Shown here in pieces: positions 9,606 to 19,094 of a DNA stretch of 64,000 bases. The translations under genes and the position numbers were made by a program. The stretch is from positions 316,625 through 380,624 of the forward strand of contig CAWEEQ010000001.1 of the NCBI GenBank assembly GCA_963808235.1, given 5' to 3'. Position 1 is the first letter of the stretch; each line of letters starts with the position of its first letter. Source of the stretch: an uncultured delta proteobacterium. GTDB taxonomy: Bacteria > Desulfobacterota > Binatia > Binatales > Binataceae. The notes beneath the pieces are model-generated. The model searched no databases and had not been told where the DNA came from. It worked only from the letters and a program-made list of their open reading frames with translations.

Positions 9606-9787
9606 TTACAATCGCGCGGGCGAAGCGGTTTGAGGAGACCGCCTCGCTGCGACTCCGAAACTTTCGATTGAAAACAGGAGATAGACGGGCTTGAGAGCCG
9701 AGCCCGGAACAAGAAGCGGAAATCGTTAAAGGCATCGTAAAAACGGAGGAGCGAGGATCAAACAAGCGGTCCTCGCGGGGGTGAACA

Positions 9788-12709
9788 ATGTTCAGACGAA
9801 ACCTATTCGTCGTCGTAGTGTTGCTCGGTCTGATTCTTTCGGCAGCATTCACATCGTGGACTCAGGATACTTCTGGCGCGGGTGATAGCTCGCTGGCGGC
9901 GGCCGTAAGGAGCTTTCCGCCCGATTTCACGAAGTATGCGCGCCCGGCAATCCCGGGCGACATAATGTCAAAAGTCAAAGGCAGTTCGGCGCCGGGTTTT
10001 TTTATAGTCGACGTCCCCAACTCCTCTGGCGGCGAACCCGACCTCGCGATCAATCCACTGAACCTCAATCAGATCGTGGTTCATGCCGGATTCGGTGGAT
10101 GGAATGGAAACGCTCCCAATGAAGTTTCCAACGACGGCGGCCTGACCTGGACGCAGGTGTTCCAGGTTCCGCCTCCACCGGGTGCGCCCAACACCGTCGG
10201 CTGTCCATGCGACATCACGCATGACTATGGAATAGACGGCAACGTGTACGGGGCGTACCTGACCGGCGGAAGCGGGTCTCCCCCGGTTGACATCTTCTCG
10301 GCATCGAACACCAACCCGATTTTGGGCGGTATCTTCAATTACTTCCTGGTCGGCCCCAACGCACAGCTGACCGACTTCGGCAGCTCGCTCGGGAACTCCG
10401 ATCAGCCATGGCTGCTGACCAACCGCGACCCTGTGACTGCAACCCAGAACAACGTCTACGTGATGTACAGTGACTTCTTCGACGGAGGCACAGTCAACGA
10501 GAGGGTTTCGGCGGCACTTGGCACGCAGCCGCCAAATTTCACGACCGACAATCTCGCAGGGGTCTCCACGGGCGGCGGTATCGACCCCGGCCCTCGGCTG
10601 GCAACCGATCCCCGCACCGGTATCATATACAGCCTCTACCAAATCTGTACCTCCAACTGCGGGTCGAGTCCCAAGACGATCGGGTACAAACTCAATCGCT
10701 CGACCGACGCGGGCACTACCTGGACCCTCAATGGTTCTTCTACCGGCCTCCAGGTTGCGTCGGGTGTCACGGTTCAGCCGACGCCCAAGTTCGGTACCGT
10801 CAATGCGCTTCTGGGCGGTATCGATCATGCGGCGGTCGATCCAACCACCGGCAACGTGTTCGTGGTGTACGGAGGCTCTAATGGAGCCGGGGGCAACGCG
10901 ATTTTCATCGTAGAGATCACGTTCGACGGCTCGACTCCCTCAAACGCCATCATCGGAACACCTCACCAGGTCTCGGTGCCCGGTGTGGGTAGTGCGCCAT
11001 CAGCGGCACTCCCCTCAGTCGCAGTCGCGGCCAACGGGACCGTCGGCGTTCTCTACACCTCATTTGACGGATTCTCGGTCGACAGCTTTCCGATCTTTAC
11101 GGCACATTTCGCATCCAGCACCGACCAAGGCGCGACTTTTACCGACCAGACACTGCTGACCTTCCTGTCGCCGGTGGTTTCCGATGACCCACCACTTAAC
11201 AACGACCGGCAGCGAGTGCTGGGCGACTACCAGCAGTTGAAGGTGGTAAACGACCTTCCGCCGTCCACTGCCGGGTCCACTTTCTACGGCGTCTTCACCG
11301 GCAACAACGCGGCCCTGGGCGGACCCACGGCCAACGACGATGCGATTTTCTTCAAGGTGACGCTGGCACCGCAGATCAACCTCGGCCAGAGCACGCTTGC
11401 TATCGGTAACGTCTGCAAGGGCTCAACCGGCACCGCTCAGCTCGAGGTGTCGGACACCGGCGCGGATAACCTGCTCATCAGCAGTATCACGCAGACGTCG
11501 GGCAGCACGGACATTTCGCTGGAGCCGGGTCCGACCTTCCCGGTGAATATCAGTCCGGATGCCAATTTCAACTTCACCTTCGCCTGTACGCCGACCACGT
11601 TCCTGCCCAAGACGGCGACGTTTGCGATCGCGAGCAACGATCCTGCGAGTCCTTCTACGCCGGTCACCGTGACCTGCACGACTGGGTCGGGAACGGCAGT
11701 GGTCACCGGTACCGGCAATTTCGGGACCTCGGTATGCGGTGGAACCACGCCGGCGCAGACAATCACTGTGGACAACGTCGGCACGTGCAACCTGAACCTG
11801 CTCAGCGCGGTCATTTCGTGCACTGATTTCACGTTGGTCAATCCACCGACGTTTCCGGTGCCAATCAGCCCCGACTCGGGTTTTGGGCTGACTGTTCAAT
11901 TCACCCCGACTTCGGCGGGACCGAAATCATGCAACTTGACGATCACGACCGACGACCCGAACAATCCCACGATCGTTGTTCCGCTTACCGGGAACACACC
12001 GACGGGGACCGCGTCGCTGACCTTCCCGGCCGGCCTCACGTTACCACCGACGGTGATCCAGCCGCGGCAAACATGTTCTTCGCAGTTGGGCGTTCCGATC
12101 GCCAATTCGGGCACCTGTCCGGTGCAGATCACCGCCGTCGGGCTCACCCAGGTTAGCTCACCACCGGACTATTCGTTGACTGGACTTCCCGGATTGCCGG
12201 TGACGATTCCGGCGGGTGGTCAACTTGGCTCGGGAGACCTGGACCTTCTTTTCGCGCCGAATACGGTAGCCCGCACCAGCACGGGAACGGTGGATGTGAC
12301 GTTCGTTAATGACCCGATCACCATGACTACGACCACCAGCCACGTGCCGTTCTGCGGAGAGGCAGTCCATCGCGGCGTCCGAGTGCTGGTCACGCAAGGA
12401 GGAGTACCGGTGTCGACGGTGAAGAGAATCGCGCTACAGAGAGCGGTTTCACCGGAACAGCCGCTCGAACCCACGAATATCAAGATCGTGCAACACGCGA
12501 GCCTGCAGACGGTAACCGGAACGGCGCCGTGCCCGACCTTCTCGTTCCACGCGGAATTTGGCGGCGCAAGTGACCCGTTCCAGCTCAAGGACGGCACCTA
12601 CCGGATCAGGGCGTCGATCGTGTCCGGCGGCAAGACGATCCACCATACCGTGAGGTTCATCGAAGACGACTGCACCTTCAATGCGACGATCGTAGTGGCG
12701 TTCCCGTAG
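9788..12709 (+). CDS. Large secreted protein: Asp-box (BNR) beta-propeller plus about three ASH/choice-of-anchor-D-like Ig domains
   Basis: Signal peptide; Asp-boxes SNDGGLTW, STDAGTTW and STDQGATF; repeated Ig modules (DTGADNL/NVGTCNL/NSGTCPV; FPVNISPD/FPVPISPD/LPVTIPAG). Confidence 0.85.
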   Translation: MFRRNLFVVVVLLGLILSAAFTSWTQDTSGAGDSSLAAAVRSFPPDFTKYARPAIPGDIMSKVKGSSAPGFFIVDVPNSSGGEPDLAINPLNLNQIVVHAGFGGWNGNAPNEVSNDGGLTWTQVFQVPPPPGAPNTVGCPCDITHDYGIDGNVYGAYLTGGSGSPPVDIFSASNTNPILGGIFNYFLVGPNAQLTDFGSSLGNSDQPWLLTNRDPVTATQNNVYVMYSDFFDGGTVNERVSAALGTQPPNFTTDNLAGVSTGGGIDPGPRLATDPRTGIIYSLYQICTSNCGSSPKTIGYKLNRSTDAGTTWTLNGSSTGLQVASGVTVQPTPKFGTVNALLGGIDHAAVDPTTGNVFVVYGGSNGAGGNAIFIVEITFDGSTPSNAIIGTPHQVSVPGVGSAPSAALPSVAVAANGTVGVLYTSFDGFSVDSFPIFTAHFASSTDQGATFTDQTLLTFLSPVVSDDPPLNNDRQRVLGDYQQLKVVNDLPPSTAGSTFYGVFTGNNAALGGPTANDDAIFFKVTLAPQINLGQSTLAIGNVCKGSTGTAQLEVSDTGADNLLISSITQTSGSTDISLEPGPTFPVNISPDANFNFTFACTPTTFLPKTATFAIASNDPASPSTPVTVTCTTGSGTAVVTGTGNFGTSVCGGTTPAQTITVDNVGTCNLNLLSAVISCTDFTLVNPPTFPVPISPDSGFGLTVQFTPTSAGPKSCNLTITTDDPNNPTIVVPLTGNTPTGTASLTFPAGLTLPPTVIQPRQTCSSQLGVPIANSGTCPVQITAVGLTQVSSPPDYSLTGLPGLPVTIPAGGQLGSGDLDLLFAPNTVARTSTGTVDVTFVNDPITMTTTTSHVPFCGEAVHRGVRVLVTQGGVPVSTVKRIALQRAVSPEQPLEPTNIKIVQHASLQTVTGTAPCPTFSFHAEFGGASDPFQLKDGTYRIRASIVSGGKTIHHTVRFIEDDCTFNATIVVAFP

Positions 12710-12720
12710 TGTAAGTGACC

Positions 12721-12752
12721 TGGCGGCCGCGAGTCCTGTCTCGCGGCCGCCA
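12721..12752 (+). terminator. 13-bp GC stem-loop after the secreted-protein gene
   Basis: TGGCGGCCGCGAG-tcctgt-CTCGCGGCCGCCA, with no strong U-tract. Confidence 0.55.
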
Positions 12753-12905
12753 CGAATCTTCGTCCCGACAACCCCATAATCTTTTTCCAGGATCGCCGCG
12801 CGATAGTCGCGACGAGTCTCTCCTATGTCCGACGGGCGTGGGCGCGCGGATGCTTACTCTCGAATTCCGGTAGTATAGAATCCCTGAAGATCGAGGTGGC
12901 GGGAA

Positions 12906-13949
12906 TTGAGAACCGGGATCATCGGTGCGCGAGGCGCCGGCAAATCGACTGTCTTTCACGCGCTGACCGGACTTGGACCGATCCCAGGCACGGCCGAGGG
13001 CAAAAATCGCGCGCGTCCCGGGCAGATCAAGGTCGCCGATCCGCGCCTGGACTTTCTGGAATCGGCGTACGGATCGAAAAAGAAGATCCCGGTCGAACTC
13101 ACGATCATCGATTTCGCGCCCAATCCGAAAGAACAGAAGGAGGGCGCCGCGCTCGATGCGAGCCTGCTGCCGCTGGTTCGCGACATGGACGCGCTGCTGA
13201 TCGTGATCCCGCAGTTTGCGGCGATGGAAAAAGACCTGGTCGCGACGCTCGAAAGTATCGAGGGCGAGCTCGTGTTCGCGGACTTCGATCAGGCCGAGCG
13301 GCGGCTTGAGCGCCTCAAGAAGGAGAAGGGCAGCGATTTCGAGCGCGCGGCGCTGGAGAAAGTGATCGCATGGCTTGGCGACGGCAAGCCGCTCAGGTTG
13401 TTCGAACTGACCGCGCAGGAGACGCAGGCATTTTCGAGTTTCGGGTTTTTGTCGCGAAAGCCCGCGCTGGTCACGGTCAATTGCGAGATGGATCGCGCCT
13501 CTGCCGAGGTAACTACTGTGGAACGCGATGCCGTACATGCCCATGGACTCGAGGTATTCAGGCTTGCCGCCGCGTTCGAGTCGGAGTTGTGGGAACTCGA
13601 CGAGAGCGGGCGAGGGGAGATGCTCAAAGACGCGGGACTCGAAGCGCCCGCGCGCGATCGGTTGATTGGCGCACTCCACCAGCACTTGGGACTCATCACC
13701 TTTTACACCGCCGGAGAGCCCGAGGCGCACGCATGGTCGCTAAGACGCGGAGAATCGGTGCTGGAGGCCGCCGCGGTCATTCACAGCGATATAGCGCGCG
13801 GATTTATCCGCGCCGAGGTTGTGAGCTACGAGGATTTTGCGACCCACAAATCCGACGCCAAAGTGAAAGAGGCCGGTAAGCTCAGGCTCGAAGGCCGCGA
13901 CTACGTGATGCGCGACGGCGACATGATCCACGTCCGCTTCAAAGTCTGA
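12906..13949 (+). CDS. ychF: YchF-like Obg-family ATPase (DUF933/TGS C-terminus), divergent
   Basis: GxxxxGKST, VADPRLD, ITFYTAG, IHSDIARGFIRAEV and EGRDYVMRDGD motifs. TTG start. Confidence 0.85.
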   Translation: MRTGIIGARGAGKSTVFHALTGLGPIPGTAEGKNRARPGQIKVADPRLDFLESAYGSKKKIPVELTIIDFAPNPKEQKEGAALDASLLPLVRDMDALLIVIPQFAAMEKDLVATLESIEGELVFADFDQAERRLERLKKEKGSDFERAALEKVIAWLGDGKPLRLFELTAQETQAFSSFGFLSRKPALVTVNCEMDRASAEVTTVERDAVHAHGLEVFRLAAAFESELWELDESGRGEMLKDAGLEAPARDRLIGALHQHLGLITFYTAGEPEAHAWSLRRGESVLEAAAVIHSDIARGFIRAEVVSYEDFATHKSDAKVKEAGKLRLEGRDYVMRDGDMIHVRFKV

Positions 13950-13954
13950 CGCGG

Positions 13955-15091
13955 CTACGCGCGGATGCGCCCGAAGAAGCGGAGCGCGTTGTCGGCGAGG
14001 ATTGCACGCTTTTCTTCGGCTGCGAGGCGCGGATTGTTGACCACGAGTTCGGCGGCGTCGGGGAACTCCGCGTCGAAGTGCGGATAGTCAGACGCCCACA
14101 TCAGCCGAGACGCGCCTATGAGATGCATCGCCTCGGGCAGCATCGCTTCGTCGGGATCGAAGGTGTAAAAGCATCGCTCGCCACGCATGTGCTCGGACGG
14201 TTTGCGCGTGAGATGCGGCGTGTGCCGCGCGAAATGTTTGTAGTGACCGTCCATCCGTTCCGCCCACCACGGAACCCATGAAATTCCGCCCTCGAAGAAT
14301 CCCAAGGTGAGTTTCGGATAGCGCTCGAACAGCCCGCCGCCAACCACCGCGGCCATCGCGCGCATCTGATGCCACACATGGCCGGTCAGATGCATCATGA
14401 ACATGTTGTTGCCCACGTCCTCGCGGCCCGGCGCGAACGGGGGCCGGTCGGTGCCGCCGTGAAAACAGATCGGCAACGCCGCGTCCTGGGCGATTTTATA
14501 GAAAGGATCGAAGTAAGGATGATCGGGGAGCATCCCGTCGAGATTGCCGAAGGTCATGATGCCGACTGCCCACGGCTCGCTCTCGAGGTACGCGACCTCG
14601 GCGACGCATCGTTCCATATCGCGCTGCGGAACAATTCCGACCGCTTTGATTCGCGCCGGGAACGCGCCGCAATACTCGCCCACCCATCGGTTGTATGCGC
14701 GCGCCAGTGCCGCCTCCATGTGAGGATCGGCCGCTCCGCAAACCGAAGTTGCGACGGTCGCGAAGCAGACCGCAACGTCGATACCTTCCTTGTCCATGTC
14801 GTGAATTCGCTCCGCGGGATCATAGCCGCCGGCCGGTGACGCGAGCGGATGGTTGCGGCCCGAGGGGAATTTGCCGAGGCCAGGAATTTCGTCCGCCTCG
14901 CCAAGCGGTCTCTCCGCCGAGCGCCACTTCGGATACAGCGCCGGCACGATGCCGAGATTACCGGCACCCAGCCGCGACAGCAGGTCGTCCGACCCGGCGC
15001 GAAACTTGGGATCGATATGCGTGTTGTAGAGCGTCGCGGGCTCGGTGACGTGCCCGTCCGCGTCGACGATCTTGAATCCTGCAAGCGCCAT
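13955..15091 (-). CDS. Amidohydrolase family 2 protein
   Basis: IVDADGH N-terminus, DMDKEGID, AYNRW and WASDYPHFD motifs. ATG at 15091. Confidence 0.9.
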   Translation of the reverse strand: MALAGFKIVDADGHVTEPATLYNTHIDPKFRAGSDDLLSRLGAGNLGIVPALYPKWRSAERPLGEADEIPGLGKFPSGRNHPLASPAGGYDPAERIHDMDKEGIDVAVCFATVATSVCGAADPHMEAALARAYNRWVGEYCGAFPARIKAVGIVPQRDMERCVAEVAYLESEPWAVGIMTFGNLDGMLPDHPYFDPFYKIAQDAALPICFHGGTDRPPFAPGREDVGNNMFMMHLTGHVWHQMRAMAAVVGGGLFERYPKLTLGFFEGGISWVPWWAERMDGHYKHFARHTPHLTRKPSEHMRGERCFYTFDPDEAMLPEAMHLIGASRLMWASDYPHFDAEFPDAAELVVNNPRLAAEEKRAILADNALRFFGRIRA

Positions 15092-15267
15092 GGCTGAGTT
15101 GCGCCGATTGTGGTCGCTACCACGCGCCGCTGTCAACGCGGTCGCCGGCTTGAACTCCTCCTTTGACTCTTTGTCAGGTGGTAAAATGTGCGGGTTGCGC
15201 AGGTCGAGGTTCGCTGAAACAATGCATCGGAACGCGCCGGTCCCCTGGCTGGCGACTACCCACCCGA

Positions 15268-16320
15268 ATGCGCCGCGTCGAGACATTCCTGATCGCAATT
15301 GCGATCGCCTTTTACGTCTGGTTCCTTGCTCACTACGGTCTCGGACAGGTGCTCGGTTACGTTCGTCTGGTCGGGTGGGGTCTCGCATTGACGATTGCCC
15401 TCGAGTCGCTATCGCGCATCGCAAACACGCTTGGCTGGCGCGTCACGATCGAGCACTGTCCGCCCAGGCTCGGATTTTTCGAGCTGTTCGCGGTGCGAAT
15501 CGGCGGCGAAGCCGTGGATTACGTGACGCCGTCGGCGCAGCTGGGCGGGCAGTTCGTGATGGCGGTCGAGGTGCGCGACAAACTGCCGATGCCGACCGGG
15601 CTTGCGACCGTTATCGTCGCGTCGCTGGCTGAAGCAGTTGGACAAATCGCATTCATTTCGATCGCGCTGGTTATTTCGCTCCGCCTTATACCTATCGCCG
15701 CCGATCTTTACTGGTCGATCGTAGGCGGCTTCGCATTGGCAGTCGCGCTGGCGGGCGGCTTTTTCTTTGTCCAGATGAAGCGGCCGTTCTCGCATCTGTG
15801 GCGTGTAGCCGCGAAGCTCGATCTCGGACGAATCAACACCGATGAAATTCGGGCCTCCGCCGACGAGGCCGACGCGATACTGATCGACTTCTACGCGCGC
15901 CATCGCGCACGGCTTCTGGTCTCGTTCCTGTGCTACGCGGCGGCGTGGAGCTTCGGGCCGCTCGAAATCTATATCCTGCTCCGCCTGCTGCATCAGCCGG
16001 CCACGTTCCAGGTGGCGTTGCTGGTCGAGGCGGTCGGATTGCTGATCGAGCGCGCGACGTTTCTGATCCCGGCCAAGCTGGTCAGCCAGGAAGGCGGCAA
16101 GGCGCTGATTCTCGGGATGCTCGGTTATCCGGCGGGAATTGGCTTCGCAGTCGGGTTTCTCCGCCGAATCAAGGAAATGGTATGGGTGTTGTTCGGGCTG
16201 CTCAGCCTGATGATCCATAGGACGATCACACGGTCGGAGCGGCGCGGGGTTGGCGCCGGCGCAAAATCGCCGGACTCAGTTTTGAAAATGCAACGAGTAC
16301 AAGGAGAGCAATCGCTATGA
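15268..16320 (+). CDS. Lysylphosphatidylglycerol-synthase TM / flippase-like membrane protein
   Basis: Multi-TM protein with GEAVDYVTPSAQLGG, IPAKLVSQEGG and RRIKE motifs. ATG at 15268. Confidence 0.8.
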   Translation: MRRVETFLIAIAIAFYVWFLAHYGLGQVLGYVRLVGWGLALTIALESLSRIANTLGWRVTIEHCPPRLGFFELFAVRIGGEAVDYVTPSAQLGGQFVMAVEVRDKLPMPTGLATVIVASLAEAVGQIAFISIALVISLRLIPIAADLYWSIVGGFALAVALAGGFFFVQMKRPFSHLWRVAAKLDLGRINTDEIRASADEADAILIDFYARHRARLLVSFLCYAAAWSFGPLEIYILLRLLHQPATFQVALLVEAVGLLIERATFLIPAKLVSQEGGKALILGMLGYPAGIGFAVGFLRRIKEMVWVLFGLLSLMIHRTITRSERRGVGAGAKSPDSVLKMQRVQGEQSL

Positions 16321-17177
16321 GGAAACTAACCGCCCTGTTTGCCGGGATGACGCTCGCGTTAGGCGCACTTCCCGCCGCTGCCGGGGTAGTGATCACGCAG
16401 AAGCAGCACGTGACCAACGGGCAGAACTCGCGTGACTCGAAGCAGGTAATTTCGGTACAAGGCAACAAGCAGAAGGTGGTGGCTTATGACATCGCCAACG
16501 CGACGGACGTTGAGCGCCACGCGATCATCACCGACCTCGATAAGGGGATGATCTACATCATCGATCCGATTCAGAAGACCTACTTCGAGATGGAATTTCC
16601 CCCCAAGGGAGAGGCTGAGCGCAAGATGATGGCAACGAACGCCAAGGCGCAGATGAACTTCAAGAAGGCCGGTACTTCGCGCGAGATCGCAGGCTACAAG
16701 TGCAATGACTATGACGGCGGCGGGCACATCATGGCCGGCGATTATACCGTCAAGGAATGCTTCTCGAAGGACGCGCCCGGCGCCAAAGAATTTTCAGCTT
16801 TCGAACGGAAGATGGCGGCCAAGCTGGCGGCCGAATCCGGCGGCGGCGAAGTCCCGGAGGGAGTGCCGCTAGCGCTGGATGCGTCGACGAAGATGGGCAA
16901 TGTTTCGATTCCCGGGATGGCGCCTGACCAGGCCGCCAAGATCAACCAGATGATGAAGAATCGGCCGCCTGTTCAGACCAGCACGATCGTCCAGAAGATC
17001 GAAGTGGAGAACTTGGCGAGCGATCTGTTCACCGTCCCCGCCGGCTTCACCAAAAGAGAACTTCCTGCCGGACCCGGTGGTGGCATGGGATCGATACGGA
17101 TGCCGCCAGGCGGAATCAAGCCGGGCGCGATGCCGGGGGCGATGCCGAGCGCAGCCGCCTCTCCAGCGGCGCAGTAA
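16317..17177 (+). CDS. DUF4412-like exported protein
   Basis: Signal peptide, IAGYKC and LFTVPAGF motifs. ATGA overlap with the upstream gene. Confidence 0.8.
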   Translation: MRKLTALFAGMTLALGALPAAAGVVITQKQHVTNGQNSRDSKQVISVQGNKQKVVAYDIANATDVERHAIITDLDKGMIYIIDPIQKTYFEMEFPPKGEAERKMMATNAKAQMNFKKAGTSREIAGYKCNDYDGGGHIMAGDYTVKECFSKDAPGAKEFSAFERKMAAKLAAESGGGEVPEGVPLALDASTKMGNVSIPGMAPDQAAKINQMMKNRPPVQTSTIVQKIEVENLASDLFTVPAGFTKRELPAGPGGGMGSIRMPPGGIKPGAMPGAMPSAAASPAAQ

Positions 17178-17214
17178 GCCCGCGTAAAATCCGCGCACCA
17201 GCGCGAACCCGAGC

Positions 17215-17247
17215 AAAAAAGAGCGGGGTCCATCACGGACCCCGCTC
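17215..17247 (-). terminator. Intrinsic terminator between convergent genes
   Basis: GAGCGGGGTCC-atcac-GGACCCCGCTC hairpin with an A6 tract on the left, which is a U-tract on the minus strand. Confidence 0.8.
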
Positions 17248-17270
17248 GACGTTTCAGCGAATGCCAGTAA

Positions 17271-17918
17271 TTACATCGTCGCCGTCGCGGCCGTTTCCTT
17301 CTTCGGCGCATTGAGCGCGGCGCATGAATCCCACAGCCACTTCGCCGTCGAGAGTTCATCTTCGGCGAACAGCCGCAGAGCCTCCTTGGTCGACAGGTCC
17401 TCTTTCAGCAACTCGGCGAACTCGCAAATCGGTCTAATCGCGTCTTCCGGCTTTCCGACTCGAGAGGTAAATCGGAGCAGCTTTTCATTGTCGGGAATCG
17501 ACGGATTTCCGAAATAAGCGGTGGACTTCCGTCCTTCCTCGCTGCTCATCGCGCGGTGTTCCCCGCCAAGCTCTGACAGGCGCTGTGCGAAGACGCGCGA
17601 ATGGTAGGCCTCACGCTCTGCGATGATTCTAATCCCGGTGCGAATGCAATCGGTCTTGCAGACCTCGGCCCACGCCGTGAATGCCTCGCCGCCGCCGGCC
17701 TCGCCCACGCGAACTTTGTCGAGAAAGCTGATCACCGCTGCGCGCTCCGATTTGTAGGTGCGGCCGAATGCCTTGAAGCCGGCGCCACTGCCGTTGCCGT
17801 TGGCCGCATGAGGAGCGTCGGCCTCCATGCACGCCATCTCGCCTTCGAAGGTCTCTTTAGAAATGATTCCACTGCGATAGGCTCGCAGCAGTTGCTTGAA
17901 TTCAAAATCACGATTCAT
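17271..17918 (-). CDS. Ferritin-like protein with SHOCT-like N-terminal segment
   Basis: N-terminal LLRAYRSGIISKETFE segment; helical body with EREAYH and AEDE. GGAGG RBS. Confidence 0.7.
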   Translation of the reverse strand: MNRDFEFKQLLRAYRSGIISKETFEGEMACMEADAPHAANGNGSGAGFKAFGRTYKSERAAVISFLDKVRVGEAGGGEAFTAWAEVCKTDCIRTGIRIIAEREAYHSRVFAQRLSELGGEHRAMSSEEGRKSTAYFGNPSIPDNEKLLRFTSRVGKPEDAIRPICEFAELLKEDLSTKEALRLFAEDELSTAKWLWDSCAALNAPKKETAATATM

Positions 17919-18130
17919 AGGCGTTCCTCCACCTCTTTGTAAAAGGAGCTTTCTATTAAACGAGCGTTCAGTGATTCAGGTTTTTGAGCATAAAGCGGCC
18001 TTCGCTCAGTTGTCAATTGCACATTTCGTCCTGGAAACGCACTGGCATCGCGGAGCTTATTACCGGATGATTCGCGAAGCGCAGGCTCCCTTAAATCGTC
18101 GGCGCGACATCCTGCCGAGGTGTACGCTCT

Positions 18131-19093
18131 ATGGCTGAGATCAAGCACAGTTTTATTAAAGCCAACGGGATCAAGATGCACGTGGCGGAGAGCGGAGCGG
18201 GCTTTCCAGTCGTGCTATGCCATGGCTTTCCCGAGATGTGGTACTCGTGGCGTCATCAAATGAAGGCGCTCGCGGAGGCGGGCTTTCGTGCGATCGCGCC
18301 GGATCAGCGCGGATACGGGGAGACAGAATGCCCCGAGCCGATCGAAGCGTACACTCAGCGCAAGCTGGTGCGCGATATCGTCGGAATGCTCGACGCCCTA
18401 GGGATCGGCAGATGCGTGATCGTGGGTCACGACTGGGGCGGCATGGTCGCGTGGAATACCGCCTTGATGGCGCGCGACAGCGTTGAGCGGGTGATTGGGG
18501 TCAACACGCCGTTCATGCCACGTTCGCCAATGAAGCCGACCGACGCGATGCGCGCGATGGCCGTCGGCGGGTTCCACTATATTTTGTACTTTCAGACTCC
18601 AGGCGTTGCGGAGGCGGAACTCGAGCGCGATGTGGCACGCTCGCTGCGCGGCTTCTACCAGGATCCGCCCGAGGTCGATCCGACTGAGGTTCGCAAAGCT
18701 GCGCCCGGAGTGTTCGGAGAGGCCGGTGGCGGATTGCTCGACCGGCTTTCCGATCGGCCCCACGGCAAATTTCTCTCCGACGAAGACTTCGAAGTCTTCG
18801 TGCGCGCCTTCAAGAAGACGGGATTTCGCGGCGGACTAAACTGGTACCGATGCATCGATCGTAGCTGGGAGGAAAGCGCGGGTCAGACCGATCGCATCGA
18901 ACAACCCGCGCTGATGATCACCGCGGAACGCGACGTTGTGCTCAGGCCCGAGATGGCCGCAGGGATGGAGACCTGGGTACCGAACTTGCGCAAGACCGTG
19001 CTGATCAAGGGCTCGGGGCATTGGACGCAGCAGGAGAAACCGGCGGAAGTGAATGCTGCGATCCTTGAATTTCTCGCCGACTTGAAGAAGTGA
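18131..19093 (+). CDS. Epoxide-hydrolase-like alpha/beta hydrolase
   Basis: HGFPE, DQRGYG, GHDWGG, LNWYR and GHWTQQE motifs. Confidence 0.92.
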   Translation: MAEIKHSFIKANGIKMHVAESGAGFPVVLCHGFPEMWYSWRHQMKALAEAGFRAIAPDQRGYGETECPEPIEAYTQRKLVRDIVGMLDALGIGRCVIVGHDWGGMVAWNTALMARDSVERVIGVNTPFMPRSPMKPTDAMRAMAVGGFHYILYFQTPGVAEAELERDVARSLRGFYQDPPEVDPTEVRKAAPGVFGEAGGGLLDRLSDRPHGKFLSDEDFEVFVRAFKKTGFRGGLNWYRCIDRSWEESAGQTDRIEQPALMITAERDVVLRPEMAAGMETWVPNLRKTVLIKGSGHWTQQEKPAEVNAAILEFLADLKK

Positions 19094-19094
19094 G

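Noticed and set aside
15092-15424. N-terminal extensions of the amidohydrolase and flippase-like ORFs (apparent head-to-head overlap)
   Set aside because: Family similarity begins at ATG 15091 and ATG 15268, leaving a normal divergent intergenic region.
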